Positions 42,290 through 54,394 of a stretch of 64,000 nucleotides of DNA are shown here, piece after piece. The position numbers and the translations under genes are program-made. The notes below the pieces were generated by a model. That model saw nothing but the letters and a program-made list of their open reading frames with translations. It searched no databases and was not told the origin of the DNA. Origin of the DNA: Octopus sinensis (taxonomy: Eukaryota); contig NW_021834249.1 in the NCBI RefSeq assembly GCF_006345805.1, positions 1-64,000 on the forward strand. Direction: 5' to 3'. The stretch's first letter is position 1. Every line of letters starts with the position of its first letter.

Positions 42290-42480
42290 CTGAAGAAAGA
42301 AAACAGCAAAGAACATTTGGGATAATGTCGTTGATGTACAATAGTTGAAAACTGAGGATGGTATGGTCATGGTTGGAACGTCTTTAATTACAGATATTCC
42401 ATAATCTGGAATGGACTGGGCACCAAATAAGCTGTATAACAGCAACATACAGTCTACTGTGTGTAGCATACAGTATAGAG

Positions 42481-42681
42481 CAGTGCATTTCAGCTTTTTT
42501 GCTGGAGCGGAACCCCAAGGAAACATTCCACTGGCTTGAGGAACCCCTGTGCAATAATTTAATAGTCTTATGCACAAATATCTGCACAGGAGAATTAAAA
42601 ATTACTGCTGATTTTAGCAGTTTTGTAACTTCTTGTGGAACCCCTGGACTGTACTGGCGGAACCCTGGTGGAAAACCACTG
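42481..42681. mobile_element. hAT (Charlie-like) MITE, 201 bp
   Basis: CAGTG...CACTG termini (CAGTGCATTTC / GAAAACCACTG); 8-bp imperfect TSD GTATAGAG / GTAAAGAA. Confidence 0.8.
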
Positions 42682-43503
42682 GTAAAGAATATGTACAATA
42701 CAACAGCTATACACATTGCACCAGTATACAGTGCACCATACAGCATCAATATAGAGTACAGAAATTATAATATAAAACTGCTGGCTTTTTTTCAAATTTT
42801 GACAGAAGGCCAGCAGTTTGGAAGAAGTGGGGAAGTCAATTACATGGACCCCAGTGCACAACTGGTACTTACTTTTTTGACCTCGGAATAATAAAAAGCA
42901 AAGTCAACTTCATTGGAATTTGAACTCAGAACGTAAAGACCAATGAAATGCCAGTAAGCCTGCTAATTAGTCTGCCATCTCATCGTACAGAATGTATAAT
43001 ATAACAGTCCCTGATATGCAGCTTCCACCATCTTTCTTCATCCATGGTATCTGCTCTCAGAGATGCCATGCAATGTCTTCCAACAGGAAATCCTAATTGT
43101 AATGTTTCGTCCCTTGACTGACAGATGTATTTAAAGGGTTAATTTGCTATTTTCTATGATACTAACCCTTAATTGGATGCATTGATGCCTCAAAATTCCT
43201 TTCAAAATGCTTTCCATTTTCATTCAGATATTTTTGTTGTTTTTATTATATCATTATTAATGTTGCTGTTGTTGTTGTTGTTGATGATGATGATATTGAT
43301 GATGATGATGATGATGAGCTTCCAGAATCGTTACCCACCACTCAAAATGCATTCTAGCTCTTTACGCTCTGCCTTCAAATTCTGCTTAGGTCAATTTTGC
43401 CTTTCAATCTTTCAGGGTTGATGAAATAAGTACCAGTTAAATACTGGGGTCAACGTAACAAATTAGCCACAAAATTTCAGGTCTTGTACTTATAATAGAA
43501 AGG

Positions 43504-43537
<34 letters not shown>

Positions 43538-43580
43538 CCACCACCAATAGAGAAAGAGCCAGTTTCTAACCTACATTTAA

Positions 43581-43800
43581 CCCTTTCGTTACTGTAATTA
43601 TTTTGAGATGCTCTGTGTTTCTTTCAATTACTTTAAATATAACAATGAATTTAGTAAAATAACTTCGTTATCATTAAGCTAGTGTTAGGAACATGAATTG
43701 TGCCTAAGGTTTGGTGGAAGATTTTAATTCAAAACTTATGAAAACAAGACATTTGTACTCAGAGCCAGAGCCGGTTTCAGCCGGGTTGGTAACGAAAGGG
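43581..43800. mobile_element. piggyBac-type MITE (220 bp)
   Basis: TTAA at 43577-43580 and 43801-43804; perfect 12-bp TIR CCCTTTCGTTAC / GTAACGAAAGGG. Confidence 0.92.
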
Positions 43801-45749
43801 TTAAGGCTCCTTCATTGGAATTTCAACATCAACAACATCGTCCAATCTATGGATTGGACGATGTGTTGTGTTACTGATCAAAATCATTTCACTTTGCTCC
43901 ACTACACTCAACCAACAGAAATGAGTAAATCCTGCAATGGACTGGTTTCCTGACCAGGGGTGAAGAGATATGCAGCACCACAGAATCCAGGAAACTGGCC
44001 TTAAGAGAGCCAATGGTTTGGGAAGGACCTTCGCTCCAGTTAAGGGTTGGCAACAGGAAGGGCATCCAGCTGATGAAAATCTGCCTCAGTAAACTCCATC
44101 CTACCCATGCAAGCCTAGAAAAGTGGACATTAAATGATGATGAATGATGAATGATGAGTCTTCTTTGCTTAAGACAGAAGGGAGTTGTTTGAAGGAGATT
44201 TAGCTGATATTTCTAGCTGGAAGAGTGACTACCACAGCAACTCCCTCCTTGGCTGAAAGAGGGTAGGGGCAAATGTCGAAAGTGGAAGTGGTGAGTGGTA
44301 ATGATGCGAAGTCAAGATGAGTGAGTGATAGAAAAATGAGTGATGAGTGATCATGATTGAAATATCTTGAAGAAACCTTCAAGACATACAGCCGGAGACA
44401 CAGGCAAGAAAAACCAAAGAAAAAAACAAAAGACAAAAAAAGTGTTAATGGTGGTGGTGGTGGTGGTGGTGGAGGAGGAGGAGGAGGAGGAGGAGGAGGA
44501 AGAGGAGGAGGAAGAGGAGATGCAGCGTGACAAGTGTAGTAAAACAATTGTGGTGGTGGTGGTGGTGGTGGTGGTGGTGGTGGGCTGGCAGGAGGGGTGT
44601 GGCACTGATCGGTGGTGCTGCAGGGTGTGGGCACAATCTAGGGGTAAGAAAGGGATGAAATGAAGTAGAAGGCGGGGGTGTGGTGCAGGTGTTGGTAATC
44701 AGGGGTGTCACACTCTCGCAGCCAACCCGACCAATCATAGATCATGTCGACATTTTCATCCCATTTAGCTGTCAAACTTAGATGTGGAATCCAGGAAAAA
44801 TAGGTGCAGGGGTCTGTGGGTGGGGGGTAGGTTGATAGGTAGGTAAGTAGGGTAGATGGGTGGATAGATATATGTAGGGAGGGAGTTGGATGGGCATAGG
44901 GTGCTAAAAATGAAGGGAATAGTAGTGGTGGTGGTGGTGGTGGTGCGATGATGTGGGAGGGGCTGTTGTTGATAGTCTTGTTGGTGGTGGTGGTGGTGGT
45001 GGTGATGGTGGTTGTGTTTATATGGTGCGGGGGGGATGGGATGGAGGTGGTGGCAGCAGCAGTGGTAGAGGAACAGATTTCTAAGGAACAGGAATAACTC
45101 TATGTTGCAAGCCACTACTCTCTCTCTCTCTCTCTCTTTCACTCACTCTCTTACCCTCACTCTCTCTCTCTCACTCTTTCTCTCTCTCTCTTTCACTCTC
45201 TCTCTTTCCCTCACTCTCTCTCTTTCCCTCACTCTCTCTCTCTCTGTCTCTCTCACTCTCTCCCCTCTCTCTTTCTCTCTAGTGTCTCTTTCTCTGACTG
45301 TTTCCATTGACCAACTTTCTCTTTAAATTCTTTTTCCCCTCATTACCTTTTTCTTTCTTCCATTCTTTCTTTCTTCTTCTGGCTCATCCTTCCTCGCCAT
45401 CACCACCATGATCATCACTACTACTACAAACATCATGAAGAAGATGATGATGATGATGATGTTGGTCATCATCATTGTCACAACTAAGATCACCACCACT
45501 GCCACTACCACCACAGTGCTACCAGCACTCTCCTTCTCACTTTCCTCCTTACCATTCCTGTACCATCCTCCACCACCTTACCATTCCTCTAGTTTCTACT
45601 GCAGTCATCCTTACACTCTCAGACTCCACAAGTAAAACGAAGAACTAACAACATTTTATCTCAATTCGGTCTTCATTTATTTTAGCTTCTTTTGGGAAAA
45701 GGTTTTAGCAGCAAATCTGGTGAATCTAGTTTTTGTTAGTTTACATGTA

Positions 45750-45751
45750 AA

Positions 45752-45811
<60 letters not shown>

Positions 45812-46378
45812 AACACACACACATACACACACACACATGCATGTATATACATACATATACAAACACACACACATACACACACACACATGCATGTATATAC
45901 ATACACACACAAACACACACACATACACACACACACATGCATGTATATACATACATATACAAACACACACACATACACACACACACATGCATGTATATAC
46001 ATACATATACAAACACACACACACACACCACACACACACATACACACACAAAACACACCACACAGACACACACACATGCATGTATATCATACATATACAA
46101 AAACACACCACACACACACACACATACACACACAAACACCACCACATACACACACACACATGCATGTATATACATACATATACAAACACACCACACACAC
46201 ACACACACACATACACACACAAACACACACATACACACACACACATGCATGTATATACATACATATACAAACACACACACACACACACACACACATACAC
46301 ACACAAACACACACACATACACACACACACATGCATGTATATACATACATATACAAACACACACATATACACATATAT
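45750..46378. repeat. CA-rich minisatellite, 50-bp unit
   Basis: ATGTATATAC recurs at 45841, 45891, 45941 and 45991. Confidence 0.9.
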
Positions 46379-46387
46379 ATGTATCTC

Positions 46388-46955
46388 TTGTTCAGTTTTA
46401 TTTCAAGATTTCTAGCCAATAATGAAAGAACCGGTTTCTAACCTAGATCCAAGGCTCCTTCATTGGAATTTCAACATAAATAGGATTTTTTTGTATGTAT
46501 GTATGTAGACATGCAGATTTTGCAGATTTGTATGTTTTATGTACATCTTCTCATGCATATACTTGCATATCTTAGACATGCTCATATATACTTAAATGAT
46601 AAACTTCTGGAAAGTTTTACAGATTTTTGCAGTTCCAGTGATAGCTTGGATCCATAATCTTCAAATCAGCTTTGAGAAGCCACTAGTTTCTCAAAATTGG
46701 TACTTAGGCAGTGTGTTATATATCCCAGCACCCCAATAATTACAGGTATAAACCTGAACTTGTAATCAGGATAGAGTAACTGCAGATTTCTCAATAGTTC
46801 AGCATAGGTGTTCTCTTTTTCACTGATCTTTAGCTTTATGTTAACATCTACTAGGCAGCTGATTTCCACAACTATACACAGTTTCTCTTCTCTATCCCAA
46901 ATTATTATATCAGGCCTAGCATGCTTAAATTTTATTGAGGTTTCCACTAGGACAT
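46388..46955 (-). mobile_element. R4/Dong-type non-LTR retrotransposon 3' end (restriction-like endonuclease domain and 3' UTR)
   Basis: KHARPDIIIWDREEKLCIVVEISC...KISEKENTYAEL...PVIIGVLG; WIQAITGTAKICKTF*; PD...E-x-K RLE motif. Confidence 0.88.
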
Positions 46956-47107
46956 TCCATATGTGTATGTATATACTTAATTATATAAGCTGCAAAATAT
47001 TCACAGAGCCGTTATTTAATTGGTTAATTTTTCAGAAACTTAAATATTTGGCAATAGGTGGATGTTTAAATTAATAGAAAGATAGAATGGATTGGAAAAA
47101 ACCTTAC

Positions 47108-47128
47108 CTTGGATTTGAACTGAACTAG
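47108..47128 (-). CDS. Candidate 21-nt micro-exon
   Basis: ttccaacccatcacag|CTAGTTCAGTTCAAATCCAAG|gtaagg. Confidence 0.3.
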
Positions 47129-47603
47129 CTGTGATGGGTTGGAATTACAAAATAAATAATTTGCTAATTAGTAATGGGATTGGAAGAATAGGATGATGGG
47201 TATTGAAAGAGTGAAATAAATTAAATTGAAAGTTATATTATGCATTTATAAATATACACACAAAGTGTTATGTTATGCATGTATAACTACACACACACAT
47301 AGCATTATACACGAATGTGCATAAACTCATCCACAACCATATATACATATGCAAAAGGGACAGTAAAACATAATTAAAGTCATATAAATGCATTCGTAGT
47401 TATATATACATACACAGCTATATGAGCATATATACACCCATCCACAAAACGAAATATTATACTTAAGAAACTACGTAAATATATATATTCACAAATATGT
47501 GTAGGTATATGTATATACATACACACACAAAATGCTGATAACATATGCACACATAACCGCCTGTATATATATATATATTTATTTGTGTGTGTGTGTGTAT
47601 ATA

Positions 47604-48267
47604 TATAGTAGAGGAAATAGCTAAAATTTTTTGGCTGCTATTTCTAAAAGTTCGGTGTGTGGTAAAGTAAATTTTTTTTTTACTGAACCCTAATTATATA
47701 ACGTAATATTTTAAATATACCGTAAATGGTCTTTTTACATACTGAACACTACTTGGTAAAATTATTAATTAATAATTAATTAATTTTACCCTTTTATTAT
47801 TGACTATATAATTCTCTCTCCCTGATAATAAACTACAGATCCCTCTGTAGGGACTTGTTGCTCTATAACTCACGTGGGTGGACGAGGGAGCATACAAAGC
47901 CTCATTCGTACTTTTTGAATTTGTTAGTACTAGCGGTTGAAGATGGTTTGTCTGGGATTACTCATATCAGACGGGTATGTTCGATTTTTAGTGCTCCCAA
48001 ATTCAAACCTAAAGAAATCTTGGGCTGATGACGGAAATGTTGATCTCTTTATCCAACTAATCCAGAAACAGCCGTTCTCAAGTAATCTTAGGTACGTGTG
48101 ATCTTTCGTTATTTTTCCCTCTATACCTGCGGGAATTATTTTTGAGTATACATTGTCTGGAAGACTTTTCTTATAGTAGAGGAAATAGCTAAAATTTTTT
48201 GGCTGCTATTTCTAAAAGTTCGGTGTGTGGTAAAGTAAATTATTTTACTGAACCCTAATTATATAAC
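47604..48267 (+). mobile_element. Penelope-like pLTR / retrozyme-like partial tandem (568-bp period)
   Basis: About 97-bp direct repeats at 47604-47702 and 48172-48267 enclosing a hammerhead motif. Confidence 0.7.
48019..48082 (+). ncRNA. Type-I hammerhead ribozyme motif
   Basis: Stem I CUUGGG/CUCAAG; core CUGAUGA; stem II GGA..GUUG/CAAC..UCC; GAAAC-agcc-GUU. Confidence 0.7.
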
Positions 48268-48285
48268 ATTATATATATATATATA

Positions 48286-48463
48286 TAACTTATAAAATAA
48301 GGGCAAAAGAAAAATTCTAATGCCAAATATGCCGACAAAAAGACAAAATTGTCAATAACCATTATAATTTATGCACATAAATTATAATGGTTATTGACAA
48401 TTTTGTCTTTTTTTCGGGATATTTGGCATTAGAATTTTTCTTTTGCCCTTATTTTATAAGTTA
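48286..48463. repeat. 178-bp near-perfect palindrome (88-bp arms, 2-nt spacer)
   Basis: TAACTTATAAAATAAGGGCAAAAG...AATTTATG-CA-CATAAATT...CTTTTGCCCTTATTTTATAAGTTA; about 2 mismatches. Confidence 0.92.
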
Positions 48464-48624
48464 TTTATAAATTTAACCTTTAAAGGTATTTTTTGATATG
48501 CTGGCCATTGATAAAAATTTTTTTAGAAAATAATTTTATCCTACATTAGTTATATATATATATATATATCGGCAGCGGCATTAACTCATGTCTGAGTGAT
48601 TAATTCTCAGTGAGTGTTTGAGCA

Positions 48625-48990
48625 TCTTCATCCTGATGGGTGCAAAGGATGCCAGTATCTGAGGTGGCTGTTTAGGTCAACGGAAGTATAGAAGAAATTG
48701 GGGGCATTCATCACAGAGGTCGGCAGGTGACAAAGAAGTGCAAGACGCTCCTTGAATGTTTGATGTCTGATTTCTGCCTCTTGGTGTTTGTTATTTTCCA
48801 TCAGATCTGTTCCCTTGGCAATAATATGCTTCCACTTTGGACAATCGTTGGCCATTGTCTGCCAGGTATTTGGGTCAATGGAGCAGTGGAGGAAAGTAGC
48901 CTTGAGCTGGTCCTTGAAACGGAATTTGGGGGTTCTGTGTGACCTACTGCCTGAGTCCAACTCCATGAAACAGAGTTGACAGCAGAGGCA
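48625..48990 (-). mobile_element. RTE-clade LINE 3' end
   Basis: ELDSGSRSHRTPKFRFKDQLKA...IDPNTWQTMANDCPKWK...LNSHLR. Confidence 0.85.
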
Positions 48991-48999
48991 CATTTGAGG

Positions 49000-49038
<39 letters not shown>

Positions 49039-49094
49039 GGTAAAAATGGTAAGATAACAAAAGAAAGAAAGAGACCTCAATATTATGTAAATAG

Positions 49095-49329
49095 AGGAAT
49101 TTATCTGTAAAATAATATGTGACAATTATTCAGTAGCCAAGATAAAACTCTGAGTTTCGGATGCCGAGGTGGAAATCCACACCACCATCTCTTCAGTTAT
49201 CTGGCCATCTGAAAAACGCTATCAGATAACTGAAGAGATGGTGGTGTGGATTTCCACCTTGGCATCCGAAACTCAGCTTTATCTTGGCTACTGAATAATT
49301 GTCACATGTTATTTTACAGATAAATTCCT
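49095..49329. repeat. Inverted repeat (about 108-bp arms, 19-nt loop), each arm carrying a hammerhead motif
   Basis: Arms 49095-49203 and 49223-49329; CTGAAGA at 49230-49236 (+) and its mirror on the minus strand. Confidence 0.9.
49140..49202 (-). ncRNA. Type-I hammerhead ribozyme motif
   Basis: Stem I AGAUAA/UUAUCU; CUGAAGA; stem II GAUG..GUGGA/UCCAC..CAUC plus one extra C; GAAAC-ucaga-GUU. Confidence 0.65.
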
Positions 49330-49489
49330 ATATACATATATATATATAGCACTTCATTTTAGAGGTTCCAAGGAAGCTATAAGATGATGCACAACCAACC
49401 ACTTACCGTTGGGTGCATTGCATCATATACCAGAAACAGGTGTACCCTAATGAAGTTCATTGCATATTTTCTTGTTCCTTTGTCATTTA

Positions 49490-49715
49490 TCATATGTATA
49501 AATATATAGTTGTTAACCCAAACAAGAAAGCACAAAAAAACACAACAACGCGTGGACATGGAACAAATATAGTATTATTGGACACTCAGGAAAGAAGGAG
49601 GGTTTAACGTTTCGAGCAGAGCTCTTCATCGGAAACGTAGGAGAAGGAAAGATCCAGAGGAGGGAAAACAGAGGAAAAACAATCGCCAACGGTACACACG
49701 CGGTCACATTTATAT
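49490..49715 (-). mobile_element. Penelope-like relic with minimal hammerhead (49602-49636)
   Basis: GUUU / CCGAUGAA / GAGC-ucu-GCUC / GAAAC-GUU / AAAC. Confidence 0.6.
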
Positions 49716-49768
49716 TTACATACTACATATACATGTGTGTGTGTGTGTGTGTGTGTAAATGCATACAT

Positions 49769-50147
49769 GGAAGCACTCCATCGGTTACGACGACGAGGGT
49801 TCCGGTTGATCCGAATCAACGGAACAGCCTGCTCGTGAAATTAACGTGTAAGTGGCTGAGCACTCCACAGACACGTGTACCCTTAACGTAGTTCTCGGGG
49901 ATATTCAGCATGACACAGAGAGTGACAAGGCCAGCCCTTTGAAATACAGGTACAACAGAAACAGGAAGTGAGAGTGAGAGAAAGTTGTGTGAAAGAGTAC
50001 AGCGGGATCACCACCATCCCCTGCCGGAGCCTCATGGAGCTTTAGGTGTTTTTGCTCAATAAACACTCACAACGCCGGTCTGGGAATCGAAACCGCGATC
50101 CTATGACAGCGAGTCCGCTGCCCTAACCACTGGGCCATTGCGCCTCC
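49769..50147 (-). mobile_element. Chimeric SINE: family D head and body with family E tail
   Basis: 13-bp TSD TAAATGCATACAT at 49756-49768 and 50148-50160. Confidence 0.88.
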
Positions 50148-50585
50148 TAAATGCATACATATATACTCATACAATGGACTTAGCCAATATTTTAATCTAT
50201 GAAATTTCACTCACAAGGCTTAGTGACCGCAAAGATGTAACAGAAGACACTGGCCCAAAGTGACCTGCAGTGAGATCAGCTCTGAAACGTCACACCTACA
50301 AAGTGGCTTCCTTGACCACACAACCAGGCCTACACTTTATGTTACTGACTTTGTTTCAAAGTTCACAGGCTGGTGCCATGGTTTCTCTCTACTGTTTGCA
50401 GGGATTTAGTGTTCAAGTCAATTGTGTGCTGTATTGTTCAGGGATGTAAACTTATTTTTGGTATATTAGCATATTTGTGTACCTGTCTTTCTGCCCCTAT
50501 CCATTTATGTATGTGTGTGTATATCTGTATGTATAAGATGTAAGTATACATATGTATTTACATGTAAATATCATATGTGTGTGTA

Positions 50586-50635
<50 letters not shown>

Positions 50636-51097
50636 CACACACATATATATATATATATATATACACATATATACACACACATACACACACACACATATAT
50701 ATATATAGACACACACACACACAACATATATATATATATATGGGAGAAGTATGTAATGTATGTTTGTATGAAGTATGTTTATTGTTTATATGTGTATATA
50801 TGTCTGTATATATATATATATATATATACGTGTGTGTGTGTGTATGTATATGTGTACATATGCATGTATATATGTAGAAATCTGAGAAGGAGTTTGAATA
50901 TTTTTCGCTACACCACAACCACCACCACCACCACCACCACCATCACAACTACTGCCATTACAAACTTATCCACTGCAGCTCCCACACCAGCACCACAGCA
51001 AAAGCGGGGGGGGAGGGAAAAAACAACACAACAAATATCACATCAATCCCCACCACCACCACCACCACCACCACCACCACCACCACCACACAACCAC

Positions 51098-51147
<50 letters not shown>

Positions 51148-51688
51148 ATCATCATCATCATCATCATCGATAATAGATTTTGCACATCCCCTCAACACCG
51201 CTAAGACCAACATCATCACTACAATGAGCATCATCATCATCATCACAAGCAACAACAATAACCACCACACAACTACCACCAAACCACCACCACCACCACC
51301 ACCACCACCACCACCACTGCCATCATCCACCCCCCCTTACCACTACCACCACCACCACCACCACCACCACCACCACCTATACTCCAGTAGTTTGTCACTG
51401 TCAGCCTTACTTTATGCATCCATTTCCTGTTGGCACTAAAAGTGGTTATCAACACCAGCACTACCACCGTTGTCATCACATTCATCATCATCATCGTCAT
51501 CATCATCATCGCCAGCATCATCATCATCATCATCATCATCAGCATCATCATCATCATCAGCAGCAGCATCATTAACACTGAGATATGTAAATGGATAAAC
51601 AAGCAAGGAGACAGGCAGAGAAGACGCAAACAGATGAGCGGATAGATAGAGAGAGAGAGAGAGAAAGAGAGAGACTGATAGATGGATG

Positions 51689-51737
<49 letters not shown>

Positions 51738-51853
51738 TTGTGTTTGTGTGTGTGTGTGTGTGCGTGTGTGTGCGTGTGTTTGTGTTTGTGTGTGTGTGTG
51801 CGTGCGTGCGTGTGTGTGTGTGTGTGTATACACCACACACACACACACACTAT

Positions 51854-51894
<41 letters not shown>

Positions 51895-52099
51895 AAAAGA
51901 AGAGAGAGAGATCTGACAGCCGGACAATAAAGAGAGAGTGAGAGTGAGATATATGGACAGGTAGGCAAAACAGACAGACAGACAGACAGATGCCCTCTCA
52001 GGAGAGGCTGATAAGCAGATTATTTAAGCAGGCAGAACTGTTAGCAGCCATCTACAGTTCGAACACACAGACACAGAAGGCCTTTCGCTTTTACACTTC

Positions 52100-52889
52100 T
52101 ATACATTTCGCTCACACACACACACACACACACACTCATACACACATGCACACACACACACTTGATTCTATAGGCATACATACATGCGCACACACACACA
52201 CACACACACCACACACACATACTCATGCACACATATACTCATGACACACACTCATACACACATGCACACACACACACACACTCATACACGCATGCACACA
52301 CACACACACACTTGATTCTATAGGCATACATACATTATACTTGCCCATATGCATATACACACTCTTTACTACTTATATACAAATATACGTACACGGATGT
52401 ATGCACACACACACGCACACACACACACTGATATATAGAAATTCTTTCGGATTCCCTCTCTTTCTCCTATACACACATGCGCACACATACACACACACAC
52501 ACATACACACACACACACACACACATACTCATACACACACATACTCATGCACACACACTCATACACACATTGCACACACACACACACACTCATACACACA
52601 TGCACACACACACACACTCATACACACACACACACATATACTCATGCACACATACACACATGCACACACACACACTCATACACACACACAACACACACAC
52701 ACACACAGGTATGCATACTTGATTCTATAGGCATACATACATCAATACTTGCCCATACGCATATACACACTCTTTACTACTTATATACATATATACATAC
52801 ACGGATGTATGCACACACACACGCACACACACACACTGATATATAGAAATTCTTTCGGATTCCCTCTCTTTCTCCTATACACACATGCG

Positions 52890-52930
<41 letters not shown>

Positions 52931-53460
52931 TCATGCACACATATACTCATGCACACACACTCATACACACATGCACACACACACACACACTCATACACAC
53001 ATGCACACACACACACTTGATTCTATAGGCATACATACATGCGCACACATACACACACACATACTCATGCACACATATACTCATGCACACACACTCATAC
53101 ACACATGCACACACACACACACACATGCACACACACACACACAGGTATGCATACTTGATTCTATAGGCATACATACATCAATACTTGCCCATACGCATAT
53201 ACACACTCTTTACTACTTATATACAAATATACATACACTGATGTACGCATGCACACACACACACACACACACACTGATATATAGAAATTCTTTCGAATTC
53301 CCTCTCTTTTTCTTTCCTTCTTTTTCTCCTATACACACATGCGCACACGCACACATACACACACACACCACACACACACACATACACACACACTCATACA
53401 CACACACTCATACACACACGCACACACACACTCATACACACATGCACACACGCACACATT
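52100..53460. repeat. Compound CA-rich tandem array (about 410-435-bp super-unit)
   Basis: CTTGATTCTATAGGCATAC at about 52161, 52311, 52718, 53016 and 53154; TTGCCCATA block at about 52341, 52750 and 53186. Confidence 0.88.
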
Positions 53461-53519
53461 TGCACCTACTCTATTCATCTTGATTTGAAATCCTGATAAA
53501 CCTATTTGTTCCCAGATCA

Positions 53520-53831
53520 AATTCTTCCAAGGTCAACTTAGCCTTTCATTCCTTTTGAGTCTACATCCAGATGTAGACCCATTCATTCTCCTTCTCTTTG
53601 TCTCCTTTTCTTTCTCCCCCCTTCTTTTTATCTTACATGCACAGGCACATACATACACACACTCACATATGCACACACATACACACACATACCTATTTGT
53701 TCCAACTCAGGGTTTTCAGATTTCAAATCCTGCCTGGGTCACCTTAGCTTTTCATCTTTTGGGGGCAAACACACACAGATGTATACCCACTACCCATTCA
53801 TTCTCTGTCTGTCTGTCTCTGTCTCTGTCTC

Positions 53832-53865
<34 letters not shown>

Positions 53866-54004
53866 AACACAACACACATACATATTTCTTCCAACTCTGT
53901 TTCCAGTTTCAAATCTTGCCTGGGTCACCTTAAGCCTTTCATCTTTTGGGGGGGCCCACACACACAGATGTATACTCACTACCCATTCATTCTCTGTCTG
54001 TCTG

Positions 54005-54083
<79 letters not shown>

Positions 54084-54290
54084 TACATATTTCTTCCAAC
54101 TCTGTTTCCAGTTTCAAATCCTGCCTGGGTCACCTTAGCCTTTCATTCTTTTGGGGAATGGACATAGATGTATATTCCTTCAATTCTCTCTCTCTCCCTT
54201 ACACACACACATTTCTTCCAACACTATTTGTCTTGAGTTCAAATCCTACCAAAGATGAGCTTAACTGTTTATTCACTCAGGGTCAGTAAA
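53520..54290 (+). repeat. Tandem array (about 190-205 bp) of a SINE A core fragment plus microsatellites
   Basis: TTCAAATC(C/T)TGCCTGGGTCACCTT repeated 3 times, with looser flanking copies. Confidence 0.75.
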
Positions 54291-54394
54291 CAAAAGCACA
54301 ATAGTATACCGGCCCTTCCAAGTAGATGATAGACCAAACTCTAAGACAATCGGGTCAGATGCCTTGTGCCATGTGTTTTCTTGCTCTTTACAAT

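Noticed and set aside
41417-45720. Plus-strand candidate exons (AAGTCCTGCGTGTATTGCCGG|gtatgc at about 41428-41448; 42281-42360; about 45685-45720)
   Set aside because: Isolated, no phase-consistent chain, one has stops in all frames; they show the false-positive rate of splice signals in this DNA
52100-54290. CRISPR-like repeat-spacer pattern
   Set aside because: Eukaryotic context, spacers are microsatellites or duplicated, and no cas genes
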